Assembly: GCA_047639555.1 (NCBI GenBank)
Contig: JBLIOE010000019.1
Span: 714-64,713, forward strand
Direction: 5' to 3'
DNA from: Candidatus Aldehydirespiratoraceae bacterium
Lineage (GTDB): Bacteria > Actinomycetota > Acidimicrobiia > Acidimicrobiales > Aldehydirespiratoraceae
DNA: 64,000 nucleotides
The first letter of the stretch is position 1. The number at the start of each line of letters is the position of its first letter. A program made the translations under genes and the position numbers. Positions 1-9,243 of the stretch are shown here, piece after piece. The notes below the pieces were generated by a model. That model was not told the origin of the DNA, did no database searches, and saw only the letters and a list, made by a program, of their open reading frames with translations.

Positions 1-863
1 TGGACTGCGTTGTCGTCTGCCCACGCGACGGTGTTCTGATGTTGATAGGCCGTGTGTCCGAGGACCGTTCGGGTGACATAGGGCGGGGACACATCAAGGT
101 TGAAAAATGCGGATGCATCGGGTGGAACATCGAAGAAGTTCGTCACAAACGAGAATTCCATGTCGCCGTCCGGCGGTGCAACAACAAGCAAAGAGCGATC
201 GGTGATGAGTCGAGTATCGAGAACAACCTCCCATCCCGCGGGTGACGCGGCGGTTGCATCGCTGAGTAGCGAGGTCGCTAGCAAGCTCTCGACGAGCGTC
301 TGCGGATCGTGTTGGCCGTCGAGGGTGACCGAGCCGCGGTGGGAGGGATGCCGCCACAACACACCTTTCCGAAAGTCGACACCATCGAAAAATATGCGGT
401 CGTCCCATTCCACAACACTTGGGACTTCCTCGCCCTCCGCGTATTCAGAAACCCCGAGGTTTGCGAGGTTTCCGGTTTCAATGTGGCGGAGTTTGAGCTG
501 GGTGAAATCGGATTGAAGTTCTTCGGCTGGCCGCACGCTGATATCCCAGTCGTCGAGACCGACGGGGTAAACGCTGAGCCTCACGCCTTCCGGGGCCTCG
601 ATCGTCGGAATCGTGGCGGGAGTGGTCGTCGTTGTCGACGACGCGCTGGTGTCCGGCTCGACCTGGACGTCGATACCGGCGTCGTCTTCGGTGCCTGATT
701 GGGCGACGACGACACCGATGCCGAGGATCAACCCGAACGCCGCTGTGCCGAGCAGGGCGGTCCGACGCCGGGCCGCTCGTCGTCCGAGAGCCCAAAGCTC
801 ATCGGTGTTTGGAGGCGAGGGTGTGGCGGTGGCTTCGTGAAGCTGGTTGCGGAAGTCGTTCAT
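1..863 (-). CDS. Putative membrane-anchored anti-sigma factor (partial; 3' end lies beyond the window edge)
   Basis: Absent from the ORF track because it has no stop in the window. My translation of the minus strand from the ATG at 861-863 gives MNDFRNQLHEATATPSPPNTDELWALGRRAARRRTALLGTAAFGLILGIGVVVAQ... and stays open to position 1. ATGA overlap with the ECF sigma stop. Short cytoplasmic N-terminus followed by one TM helix, the usual anti-sigma layout. Confidence 0.6.
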   Translation of the reverse strand, partial: MNDFRNQLHEATATPSPPNTDELWALGRRAARRRTALLGTAAFGLILGIGVVVAQSGTEDDAGIDVQVEPDTSASSTTTTTPATIPTIEAPEGVRLSVYPVGLDDWDISVRPAEELQSDFTQLKLRHIETGNLANLGVSEYAEGEEVPSVVEWDDRIFFDGVDFRKGVLWRHPSHRGSVTLDGQHDPQTLVESLLATSLLSDATAASPAGWEVVLDTRLITDRSLLVVAPPDGDMEFSFVTNFFDVPPDASAFFNLDVSPPYVTRTVLGHTAYQHQNTVAWADDNAV

Positions 864-1459
864 GTTCGAACCTCCAGAAGGTCGTTGGGTTCATCGGGGA
901 ATTGTGTATCGAGATCGTCGATGTGGAGTCCGGCGTGGCGGAGGGCGGCGATGGCGTTGCGGGTGCGTGTCTTGACTGTCCCAACCGGGATGCCGAGGGC
1001 GAGAGCGGTGTCGTCGACGCTCGCATCAGCGAAGTAGCGAAGGACGATCACTGCTCGTTGATCGCCGGGCAGTGACGCGACCGCCGCGCGGGTGGCGATG
1101 ACGTCGGCGGACGCCGGGGGTTGCGGCTCGACGGCCCCTGCTCGCAGCCGCGCTTCTGCTCGACGCCGCGACCCCCGTTTGCGAAACCGCGACCGAGCGA
1201 GATTCATCGCAACTTTCTGGGCCCAGGCGCCGGGACGATCGTGGTTCGAAACCTTCGCCCAGTCGCGGCAGACGCGGACGAAGGTCTCCTGGGTCAGCTC
1301 TTCGGCGAGGGCTGGTTCGCCGGTGAAAAGAACGAGGACGCCGAAGACTCTGGGGTATTCGGTGCGACAAAACGATTCGAGTGCGAGAGGAGCGACCGTG
1401 CGACTCCCCGAGTTGTCGACCATCGTTCGCCCTTGCATCGCCGTCGAGTCTTGATCCAT
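860..1459 (-). CDS. ECF-type RNA polymerase sigma-70 factor
   Basis: Region 2 (AEELTQETFVRVCRDW) and region 4 HTH (ALALGIPVGTVKTRTRNAIAALR). Track ORF is 860..1540. In-frame ATGs at 1474/1459/1438/1423, so the start is uncertain. Confidence 0.85.
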   Translation of the reverse strand: MDQDSTAMQGRTMVDNSGSRTVAPLALESFCRTEYPRVFGVLVLFTGEPALAEELTQETFVRVCRDWAKVSNHDRPGAWAQKVAMNLARSRFRKRGSRRRAEARLRAGAVEPQPPASADVIATRAAVASLPGDQRAVIVLRYFADASVDDTALALGIPVGTVKTRTRNAIAALRHAGLHIDDLDTQFPDEPNDLLEVRT

Positions 1460-1532
1460 CAGAACACTTCTCATCACCCATACAGACGCATGAACGTCCC
1501 GCGGGGTTTTTGTTCGCCGTAGGGTGACGAGT

Positions 1533-1877
1533 ATGAGCACGCCAGTTGGTCCTTACACACCCATCGTCCGGGCGGGCGATGTTCTCTTCACGTCTGGTCA
1601 GATCGGGATCAATAACGGTGCGATTGTCGAAGGCGGCGTCGAGTCCGAGCTTCGTCAGGTGTTCGTGAACCTGCGCGGCGTGTTGCAGTCGGCCGGCGCG
1701 GGTCTGGGCGATGTCGTGAAGACCACGGTCTTTCTCGTCGACATGGCTGATTACGCAAAGATGAATGAGATCTACGTCGAAGAGTTCGGTGACCATCGTC
1801 CCGCTCGCTCAGCCGTGGCTGTCGCTCAGCTTCCGCTTGGTGCCCAGATCGAAATCGAAGCGATCGCCAGCATCTAG
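1533..1877 (+). CDS. ridA: RidA/YjgF family reactive-intermediate (enamine/imine) deaminase
   Basis: PVGPYTPIVRAGDVLFTSGQIG...VKTTVFLVDMADYAKMNEIY...ARSAVAVAQLPLGAQIEIEAIA is typical of RidA. AGGGTGA lies 7 nt upstream of the ATG at 1533; the track start is GTG 1524. Confidence 0.85.
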   Translation: MSTPVGPYTPIVRAGDVLFTSGQIGINNGAIVEGGVESELRQVFVNLRGVLQSAGAGLGDVVKTTVFLVDMADYAKMNEIYVEEFGDHRPARSAVAVAQLPLGAQIEIEAIASI

Positions 1878-1922
1878 CGCTGGGGTAGCTGGCAGCCCGA
1901 CGGGTCTGGCAGACTGACCGCT

Positions 1923-2117
1923 ATGGAAATCGGTGCGGTCATCATGGTTATTGCGCTTCTCATCGTGATGCCTGTGGGTGTCTTGATGAGCATGACCGGT
2001 CTCGCCGGCGCGCTCGGCGCACTGATCGGTCGCGATCGTGACCTCGACAACGTCACCGAAGACGGCGAGCCCAACGAATACCTGGCGCTCTCCAACTCCA
2101 ACCCCTACGAGGGTTAA
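1923..2117 (+). CDS. Small hypothetical membrane protein (64 aa)
   Basis: Hydrophobic N-terminal half (AVIMVIALLIVMPVGVLMSMTGLAGALGALI) and acidic C-terminus. No recognisable family and no clear SD. Confidence 0.4.
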   Translation: MEIGAVIMVIALLIVMPVGVLMSMTGLAGALGALIGRDRDLDNVTEDGEPNEYLALSNSNPYEG

Positions 2118-2219
2118 ACAGGCTCGACTGAGCTGGTGCAGCCGGAGTAGACGTACCAGTCCGACCGGCCGCCGGCCATACCAAACCCCGACTTAAGTAG
2201 TTCTACGGCTAGCCGTAGG

Positions 2220-2909
2220 TCAGTCGTGGGCCCAACGCGATCGCCCAAACGAGTAGCCCACTGAGCGGATCGTTTGGATGAGGTTGGCGTGTTCTTCGCC
2301 GAGCTTCGCCCGCAGGCGCCGCACGTGGACGTCGACGGTACGAGCGCCGCCGTAGTAGTCGTAGCCCCACACTCGGTTGAGCAGCGTTTCGCGGGAGAAG
2401 ACCTTGCCGGGGTGGGCGGCCAGGAACTTCAGAAGCTCGTATTCCATGTAGGTGAGGTCGAGTGGCTTGCCGTCGATGATCGCCTGGTACGTCTCGAGGT
2501 TCATGGCGAGCGGGCCGTACTCAATGAGCTCGATTTCGTCGTTGCGGCCGGTGCCGCGGAAGACGTGCTTGAGACGGGCTTCGAATTCGATCGGGTGGAA
2601 CGGATGGACGCAGAAGTCGTCGAAGAGTTCTTCGCTCGGGTTGAGCTCGATCAGTTGGCCGCCGTTGACGAGCAGAAGGACGGCGTCGACGTTGATGTCG
2701 CCGTTCTTGATCGCTCGACAGAAGCGCATCGCCGAGTCCAGATCGGATGCAGCAGTGGCCATCACGATCGCGCCGACCCAACCGTCGGCCGGTTCGTCGC
2801 GGCGGGCGGCGTCGATATCGGCCGCGGCCTTCCACGGCCAGGCACCCATATCGAGTGCCTGAGCCAACTCCGGTGGGACGGGTTCGGGGAAGACGAGAAG
2901 AGGTTCCAT
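2220..2909 (-). CDS. glnR: OmpR-family orphan response regulator GlnR (global nitrogen regulator) with atypical receiver domain
   Basis: The C-terminal winged helix LLNRVWGYDYYGGARTVDVHVRRLRAKLGEEHANLIQTIRSVGYSF closely matches actinobacterial GlnR as I recall it. The receiver lacks the N-terminal acidic pair (LLVFPEP). Start MEPLLV at 2909, 6 nt after the glnA stop. Confidence 0.8.
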   Translation of the reverse strand: MEPLLVFPEPVPPELAQALDMGAWPWKAAADIDAARRDEPADGWVGAIVMATAASDLDSAMRFCRAIKNGDINVDAVLLLVNGGQLIELNPSEELFDDFCVHPFHPIEFEARLKHVFRGTGRNDEIELIEYGPLAMNLETYQAIIDGKPLDLTYMEYELLKFLAAHPGKVFSRETLLNRVWGYDYYGGARTVDVHVRRLRAKLGEEHANLIQTIRSVGYSFGRSRWAHD

Positions 2910-2914
2910 CACGG

Positions 2915-4252
2915 TTACCAGGTGGGTAGGTAACGCTCCAGTTCGAACGGTGTGACCTGGGATTGGTATTCGTCCCATTCGCTGCGTTTGTTCCGCAAGA
3001 ACCACTCGAAGATGTGGTCGCCGAGCGCAGAACGAACGAGCTCGGAACCTTCCATGAGGTCGAGCGCCTCATCGAGTGAGCGGGGGAGTGGTTCGATGCC
3101 GATCTCTCGGCGCTGGGCGTCGTCGAGATCGAAGAGGTTGACGTTGGTCTCGGGGGGCAACTCGTAGCCCTCGGCGATGCCTCGCATGCCGGCGGCGAGG
3201 AGCAGCGAGAACGCGAGGTACGGGTTACACGCCGGATCGGGGGCGCGGTATTCGATGCGGGCGGACTCGGGCTTGCCGACCTTACGGACCGGCAAACGCA
3301 CGAGGGCCGATCGGTTGTTGCGGGCCCACGCCACGTAGGGCGGCGCCTCGGAGGTTTCGGTGATGCGCTTGTAGCTGTTGACGAGCTGATTCGTGACCGC
3401 GGTGATCTCTCGGGCATGACGAAGGACACCGGCGGTGAACTGGCGAGCGGTGGGAGACCACCCGTATGGGTCGTCGCCATCGTGGAACGCGTTTTGTCCG
3501 TCCTTGAAGAGCGACAAGTGGGTGTGCATGCCTGAGCCTTGGACCCCGTTGAGCGGCTTCGGCATGAACGTCGCGTAAATATCGCGTTCGAGGGCAACCT
3601 TTTTCACGACAAGGCGAAGGGTCATCAGGTTGTCGGCCATGTCGAGCGCGCTGGTGTAACGCAGATCGATCTCGTGCTGGCTCGGCGAGTCTTCATGGAA
3701 CGAGTACTCGACCGGTATGCCCATTGCTTCGAGCATGTAGATCGTGCGCTTGCGGAGATCGCTCGAAACATCAGACGTGGTGAGGTCGAAATACGACGCC
3801 TGGTCCAGGGGCTGCGGCTTGCCGAGGGCGGGGTCGCCGGAGGCGAAGTAGAAGAACTCAACCTCGGGGGCCGCGAAGAATGAGTAACCCTCGGCCTGCG
3901 CCTCGTTGAGGTTGCGGCGGAGCACCTGTCGCGGGTCGCCCGCGAATGCCGTCTCGTCCAGGTTCTGAATGTCACAGAACATGCGGGCTGACGGTTCGTC
4001 TTCCTTCGCCCATGGCAACAACTCGAAGGTGGTGGCATCGGGACGAGCGAGCACGTCGGATTCGTGGACGCGACTGAAACCATCGATGGCGGTGCCGTCG
4101 AACTGCACGCCTTCAGAGAACGCCGTATCGAGTTCGGCGGGGGTGATCGCCACCGACTTCAGTTTCCCCAACACGTCGGTGAACCAGAGGCGGATGAGGC
4201 GCACCCCGCGTTCTTCGACCGTGCGAAGTACGTATTCCTGCTCGCGTTCCAT
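2915..4252 (-). CDS. glnA: Glutamine synthetase type I (GlnA2-like, 445 aa), no adenylylation tyrosine
   Basis: Full-length GSI (RLIRLWFTDVLGKLKS, GSGMHTHLSLF, NNRSALVRLP). The adenylylation loop reads NLFDL, with Phe where E. coli/Mtb GlnA1 have Tyr. Confidence 0.9.
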   Translation of the reverse strand: MEREQEYVLRTVEERGVRLIRLWFTDVLGKLKSVAITPAELDTAFSEGVQFDGTAIDGFSRVHESDVLARPDATTFELLPWAKEDEPSARMFCDIQNLDETAFAGDPRQVLRRNLNEAQAEGYSFFAAPEVEFFYFASGDPALGKPQPLDQASYFDLTTSDVSSDLRKRTIYMLEAMGIPVEYSFHEDSPSQHEIDLRYTSALDMADNLMTLRLVVKKVALERDIYATFMPKPLNGVQGSGMHTHLSLFKDGQNAFHDGDDPYGWSPTARQFTAGVLRHAREITAVTNQLVNSYKRITETSEAPPYVAWARNNRSALVRLPVRKVGKPESARIEYRAPDPACNPYLAFSLLLAAGMRGIAEGYELPPETNVNLFDLDDAQRREIGIEPLPRSLDEALDLMEGSELVRSALGDHIFEWFLRNKRSEWDEYQSQVTPFELERYLPTW

Positions 4253-4351
4253 GCCGTCTCCTGACGGGTCGACCCGGCATTCGGGTCCCTATAGCTTGCC
4301 CTATCGACTGTGGCATGCCCACCGCCAGACATCTCGGGTGGAGGGGTCTCG

Positions 4352-4389
4352 TTCACACGGCGTTCACAATTGAGCAACCGTTGCGAAAC
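4352..4389. promoter_or_regulatory. Candidate GlnR operator: four 5-mers each separated by exactly 6 nt (TTCAC-n6-TTCAC-n6-GCAAC-n6-GAAAC)
   Basis: Lies in the divergent glnA/glnII intergenic region, 75 nt upstream of the glnII ATG. The 5+6 nt periodicity and the xTnAC / GaAAC half-sites match the published Streptomyces GlnR box architecture (gTnAc-n6-GaAAc-n6-GtnAC-n6-GAAAC). GCAAC-C-GTTGC is also a perfect palindrome. Confidence 0.4.
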
Positions 4390-4463
4390 TCCGTATTGGA
4401 AAGGTTGCGTCCGGCTCGCGAGAATGAGCCACTTCCAACGACATCCTCAAAGAGGGGACCCCA

Positions 4464-5477
4464 ATGGCCTACCAGGCTGAATACCTGTGGATCGACGGCT
4501 CAGTGCCGACTCGTGAGATCCGCGGCAAGACCAAGATCCTTCAGGACGGCGACGTGCCCGGCATTTGGGGCTACGACGGCTCCAGTACCAACCAGGCCAC
4601 GGGCGACAACTCTGATGTTGTTCTCAACCCGGTGTTCCAGTGCCCCGATCCGATTCGTGGCGGCAACAACATCCTCGTGCTCTGTGAAACGGAGCTCACC
4701 GCGGATCGTTCACCGCACCCGACGAACACCCGTGCCCAGGCCCGGGAAGCGTTGGCCAAGTACGCCGACCAGGAGCCGTGGTTCGGTCTTGAGCAGGAGT
4801 ACACCCTGATCAACCCGTCCACCGGTTGGCCCGCCGGCTTCCCGCCGAACGGCTTCCCCGCTCCGCAGGGTCCCTACTACTGCGGTGTTGGCGCGCTGAA
4901 GATCCATGGCCGCGACCTCATTGAGGAGCACACGCAGGCATGCATCGACGCTGGCCTCATGATCTCTGGTACTAACGCTGAGGTCATGCCCGGTCAGTGG
5001 GAATTCCAGATCGGCCCGGTCGACACGGTTACCGTTGGCGACCATCTTTGGATCGCCCGTTACCTCCTCTACCGTCTCGCCGAGAACTACGAAGTCGAGG
5101 TGAGCATCGAGGCCAAGCCGATGAAGGGCGACTGGAACGGCGCCGGCATGCACACCAACTTCAGCACCAAAGCGATGCGCGAGAGCTACGAGCCGATCAT
5201 CGCCGCGTGCGAATCCATGGGTGCTGAAGGCGTCGTTGCCCGTCACCTTGTTGGCTACGGCACGGGTATCGAGGAGCGTCTCACCGGCGACCACGAGACC
5301 CAGCGTTTCGATCAGTTCAGCTATGGCGTTTCCGACCGCGGTGCGTCCATCCGTATCCCGTGGCAGGTTGCGCAGGATCAGAAGGGCTACATCGAAGATC
5401 GTCGCCCCAACGCCAACGCTGATCCCTATGTCGTGGCGACGCTGCTGACGAACACCATCTGCAGCGCACTCGCGTAA
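4464..5477 (+). CDS. glnII: Glutamine synthetase type II (eukaryote-like GSII, 337 aa)
   Basis: YLWIDG...WGYDGSSTNQA...FGLEQEYTL...GPYYCGVGA...NAEVMPGQWEFQIGP...PMKGDWNGAGMHTNFS...RIPWQVAQDQKGYIEDRRPNANADPY are canonical GSII motifs. Confidence 0.9.
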   Translation: MAYQAEYLWIDGSVPTREIRGKTKILQDGDVPGIWGYDGSSTNQATGDNSDVVLNPVFQCPDPIRGGNNILVLCETELTADRSPHPTNTRAQAREALAKYADQEPWFGLEQEYTLINPSTGWPAGFPPNGFPAPQGPYYCGVGALKIHGRDLIEEHTQACIDAGLMISGTNAEVMPGQWEFQIGPVDTVTVGDHLWIARYLLYRLAENYEVEVSIEAKPMKGDWNGAGMHTNFSTKAMRESYEPIIAACESMGAEGVVARHLVGYGTGIEERLTGDHETQRFDQFSYGVSDRGASIRIPWQVAQDQKGYIEDRRPNANADPYVVATLLTNTICSALA

Positions 5478-5497
5478 GGCGTTTCGTATTCGATAAT

Positions 5498-5550
5498 TGA
5501 TGCGGGCCCGCCACAGCCAACGTGGCGGGTTCGCATCAATCTCGAGTTTT
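5498..5550. terminator. Strong hairpin between the convergent glnII and oxidoreductase genes (likely bidirectional terminator)
   Basis: TGATGCGGGCCCGCCAC (5498-5514) pairs with GTGGCGGGTTCGCATCA (5522-5538): a 17-bp stem with two G-U pairs and a 7-nt loop, followed by ATCTCGAGTTTT. Confidence 0.65.
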
Positions 5551-5579
5551 GGGGCGAGTGGGGCGGAGCACGGGGCGGC

Positions 5580-6650
5580 TCACCCGTAGGGGCCAGGACC
5601 GGGATCAGCACACAGCTGCACGACGGCCTTGCCGGTGTTGGCGCCGGTGAACAGCGAGTTCAGCTGATCGACACACTTCTCCAGGCCGAACGCATGATCG
5701 ACCTTGTATTCCATCTTCCCGTCGGCCGCCCAGGCCCGCACTTGGTCCCACGCCTCGGGGTAGCGGTCGACATAGGCCAGGCCTTGGAACCCCGCCATCT
5801 TTGCCTGCTTGTTGATCAGGTTGAGATAGTTCGACGGCCCCGGTGGGCGACCCTTCTCGTTGTACATCGAGATGGCGCCAATGATCACGACACGGGCACC
5901 GATCGCGAGTCGTCGTAGGGCGAGATCAAGGATCGGCCCGCCCACATTGTCGAAGTAGATGTCGAACCCCTTCGGGCGAATCTCCTTGAGGCGAGCGGCC
6001 AAGTCGTCGGTGCGTCGATTGAGGCACACCTCCGCTCCGATGGATTCAACCCATCGACACTTCTCGTCGGATCCGGCGATGCCGACGACGGTTGCGCCGA
6101 GGTTGCGAGCGACTTGTACCGCGACGGAGCCGGTGGAGCCGGCCGCCGCGGAGATGAGCACCGAATCGCCCTCTTTGATCTCACCGAGATCGGTGAGCCC
6201 GAAGTAGGCGGTGGCTGCGGCGGAACCGATCACAGCCATCTGAAAGACCGCGTCGTGTTCGGGGGGAAAGGCGTTGACGATCGGGCTGTCGCCATCGGCA
6301 ACGATCCAGCTGTTCCAGCCCGGAAGACCACCACCACACCATGAACCGACTGCGATGTCGGGATGGTTGCTCTCGATGACACGGCCCATACCACCGCCCC
6401 GGACCGCCTCGCCGATCTTCACGGCGGGCAGATATCCCTCGCCCTCGTCGAGCCACGACCGAGCGGCCGCGTCCATCTGGACGTAGATCATCCGCATCAG
6501 TATCTGGCGATCGCCGAGCTCGGGCATTTCGCCTTCCACGAGCTCAACGTCATCGTGGGTAAGCATCCCGTCGGGGCGTTGGCGGAGCACCACCTGTCGA
6601 TTGATCCGCTGGAGCGGGTCGGGCAGGTCGTCGAGTGTCAGGTCCGGCAT
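5580..6650 (-). CDS. NADP-dependent oxidoreductase, MDR superfamily (YncB/PTGR-like enone reductase)
   Basis: INRQVVLRQRPDGMLTHDDVELVE N-terminus and AAAGSTGSVAVQVARNLGATVVGIAGS Rossmann motif. Start MPDLTL at 6650; the track N-terminal extension was rejected. Confidence 0.8.
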   Translation of the reverse strand: MPDLTLDDLPDPLQRINRQVVLRQRPDGMLTHDDVELVEGEMPELGDRQILMRMIYVQMDAAARSWLDEGEGYLPAVKIGEAVRGGGMGRVIESNHPDIAVGSWCGGGLPGWNSWIVADGDSPIVNAFPPEHDAVFQMAVIGSAAATAYFGLTDLGEIKEGDSVLISAAAGSTGSVAVQVARNLGATVVGIAGSDEKCRWVESIGAEVCLNRRTDDLAARLKEIRPKGFDIYFDNVGGPILDLALRRLAIGARVVIIGAISMYNEKGRPPGPSNYLNLINKQAKMAGFQGLAYVDRYPEAWDQVRAWAADGKMEYKVDHAFGLEKCVDQLNSLFTGANTGKAVVQLCADPGPGPYG

Positions 6651-6728
6651 GCCCGAGATTGTCGCGCATGCTCCGGGCGCGTGCCTGTTCTCTGGTCGCG
6701 CTCCGACGGTCGACGTACAGTTCATGTG

Positions 6729-7370
6729 ATGAGCGAGGAGTTCGGTCTCGATGAGGCCTATGCGGTGGAGACACCGGAGGACAACAAGCGTCTGTACGCC
6801 GCTTGGGCCGCCACCTACGACGAGGGCTTCCTTGTGAGCACGGGGTATATCTACGCCCGCGGCGTGGCGGCGATGTTCGCGGCCGACGGGTCTGGGCCGG
6901 TTCTCGATATCGGCTGCGGTACTGGCGCCGTCGGCATCGGGCTCGCCGCGCTCAACGTCGGGCCAGTGGACGGTGTCGACATCTCGACCGAGATGGTGGA
7001 GGTCGCGAGGTCGAAGCGCCTTGAGGATCAGGTGGTCTATCGAGATCTGTTCGTGGGAGATCTCACGGCCGGTCTCTCAATCCCCGATGGCGCGTACACC
7101 GGGGTCGTGAGCGCGGGCACGTTCACCCACGGCCACCTCGGCCCCGAAGTCCTGCCGGAAGTTGTGCGGGTTGGCGCGCCGGGCTGTCGCTTTGCCATCG
7201 GCGTGAACGCCCAGCACTACAAGACGCGCGGATTCGCGTCGACTCTCGAAGGTTTGGTTGCCGCTGGGCGAATCACCAACCTCACTTCCGACGACGTGGC
7301 GATCTACGAGAACAACACCACCGCGCACGGGCAGGATCGCGCGCTCGTGGTGCGGTTCATCAAACCGTAG
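6729..7370 (+). CDS. Class I SAM-dependent methyltransferase
   Basis: VLDIGCGTGAVGIGLA (motif I). The ATG at 6729 gives MSEEFGL. The upstream part of track ORF 6363.. is antisense to the oxidoreductase. Confidence 0.75.
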   Translation: MSEEFGLDEAYAVETPEDNKRLYAAWAATYDEGFLVSTGYIYARGVAAMFAADGSGPVLDIGCGTGAVGIGLAALNVGPVDGVDISTEMVEVARSKRLEDQVVYRDLFVGDLTAGLSIPDGAYTGVVSAGTFTHGHLGPEVLPEVVRVGAPGCRFAIGVNAQHYKTRGFASTLEGLVAAGRITNLTSDDVAIYENNTTAHGQDRALVVRFIKP

Positions 7371-7403
7371 GGTCCGCTGCGTCGCGGCCCGTACGATGAC
7401 CCC

Positions 7404-9182
7404 ATGAGTGACGGTGTGCCTACCCACCTCCGCGTGGCGATCTGCCAGATCAACACCATCGTTGGCGACCTCGACGGCAACGTGGCGCTAGCGCTCGAAG
7501 CGCTGGCGGAGGCCGAAGAGGCCGGTGCTGATGTCGCGGTGATGCCGGAGATGACCATCACCGGCTATCCGCCGGAGGACCTCGTACTCAAACCCGGGTT
7601 CGTGGCCGACTGTCGGGTCGCGCTCGAAAAGTTCGTGGCCCATACCGGCCGCTGTGCGGTTGTGATCGGGTTTGCCGATGGTGACGATGCGCCGGGCCGA
7701 GTGGTGCAAGACGTGGCGGGTGTCGATCACTTCAACGGCGTGTGGAACGCCGTGGCCATCTGTGCGGAGGGTCAGGTCTTCGGCACGTATCACAAACGCC
7801 ATCTCCCGAATTACGACGTCTTTGATGAGCTGCGTCACTTCCGACCCGGGGCTGAGGCGCTTGCGCTCTACGAGATCGCCGGCGTCCCGGTCGGCGTGAC
7901 CCTGTGCGAAGACTCCTGGATTCCCGAGGGCCCGGTTACCCAGTTGGCCCGCGGCGGCGCCCGCCTCGTGCTCAACGTGAACGGATCGCCGTTTCGCGAG
8001 GGAAAGCAGCAGGTACGCGAAGAAGTCATTGCCGAACGAGTCCGAGAGGCGGGAGTGCCCGTCGTCTACGCCAACCTCGTCGGCGGTCAGGACGAGCTCG
8101 TCTTCGACGGCGGATCGTTCGTAATCGCAGGCGACCGCGACGGCACGGCCGTCGTCGCCCGGTGCAACTCGTTTGCCGCCGGCACCGATGTCTTCGATAT
8201 CGAACTTCCGGCGGTGCAACCAACGATCGATCAGTACCCGATCGTGTCGGTGACCGCGGCGGCCTCTGGCCCTCGGAACCTGATCCCCGCCCCGATGGTG
8301 CCGCCGCTCGACGCGCTGGCTGAACGCTGGGAAGCACTCACGCTCGCCACCCGCGACTATGTCCGCAAGTCGGGCTTCGCCAAGGTGTGTCTCGGCATCT
8401 CCGGTGGCGTCGATTCCTCGCTCACCGCGGCGATCGCCGTTGATGCGCTTGGGCGCAACAACGTCCACGGCATTCTCCTGCCGTCTCGCTACTCGTCGGA
8501 CCACTCGCTCGACGATGCGTATGCCCTCGCCAAGAACCTCGGTATCGAGACATCGACCATCCCCATCGAGCCGGCCCACGCCGCACTGGCCGAGATGTTG
8601 CTGCCCCACGTGAGCGACGGCGCCATCGAAGTGGGCGACCTCACCGATCAGAACCTGCAAGCGCGGATCCGCGGCGTGGTGTGGATGGCGATGTCCAACG
8701 AACACGGCTGGCTCGCGCTCACGGCCGGCAACAAATCCGAGGCCGCGGTGGGTTACTCCACGCTCTACGGCGACACCGCCGGTGCGTTCGCGGTCATCAA
8801 GGATGTCTGGAAGCTGTCGGTCTACGAGTTGGGCCGCTGGCGCAACCAGGTTGCAATGATGGAGACCGGTTCCGTGGTCATCCCTGAAGGGGTCCTCACC
8901 AAGGCACCTTCAGCCGAACTGCGCCCGGGACAAACCGACGATCAATCGCTGCCGCCTTATGAGGTGCTCGATCCGATCCTGAAGGCGTACATCGAAGAAG
9001 ACTTCACCGTTGCCGAACTCATCGCGACCGAGGTCGCTGCGCCCGACGTCATCGAACGCATCTGCCGCCTGGTCGATATCGCTGAATTCAAGCGTCGTCA
9101 GACCCCGCTGGGTGCCCGTCTTACGAAGAAAGCGTTCGGCCGGGATCGACGCATGCCCATTGTGAACCGCTACCGCGGCTAA
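7404..9182 (+). CDS. nadE: Glutamine-dependent NAD+ synthetase (N-terminal CN-hydrolase domain plus NAD synthetase domain)
   Basis: Nitrilase-type N-terminus (LRVAICQINTIVGDLDGN...MPEMTITGYPPEDL...TLCEDSW). PP-loop domain (GISGGVDSSLTAAIA...TAGNKSEAAVGYSTLYGD). Confidence 0.9.
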   Translation: MSDGVPTHLRVAICQINTIVGDLDGNVALALEALAEAEEAGADVAVMPEMTITGYPPEDLVLKPGFVADCRVALEKFVAHTGRCAVVIGFADGDDAPGRVVQDVAGVDHFNGVWNAVAICAEGQVFGTYHKRHLPNYDVFDELRHFRPGAEALALYEIAGVPVGVTLCEDSWIPEGPVTQLARGGARLVLNVNGSPFREGKQQVREEVIAERVREAGVPVVYANLVGGQDELVFDGGSFVIAGDRDGTAVVARCNSFAAGTDVFDIELPAVQPTIDQYPIVSVTAAASGPRNLIPAPMVPPLDALAERWEALTLATRDYVRKSGFAKVCLGISGGVDSSLTAAIAVDALGRNNVHGILLPSRYSSDHSLDDAYALAKNLGIETSTIPIEPAHAALAEMLLPHVSDGAIEVGDLTDQNLQARIRGVVWMAMSNEHGWLALTAGNKSEAAVGYSTLYGDTAGAFAVIKDVWKLSVYELGRWRNQVAMMETGSVVIPEGVLTKAPSAELRPGQTDDQSLPPYEVLDPILKAYIEEDFTVAELIATEVAAPDVIERICRLVDIAEFKRRQTPLGARLTKKAFGRDRRMPIVNRYRG

Positions 9183-9243
9183 TTTCGCCTCCGTCCGCAA
9201 TCATCGTGGTGACGGACCACAAGAATCCGGGTGGGGAGGATTT

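Noticed and set aside
2521-3597. 358-aa minus-strand ORF (Ser/Arg/Pro/Thr-rich) overlapping glnA and glnR in another frame
   Set aside because: This is a typical high-GC shadow ORF with low-complexity RS/RP composition. It lies entirely inside two strongly recognisable genes. The same reasoning applies to 7488..8705(-), 27167..28582(-), 41236..42342(-) and 43911..45317(-).
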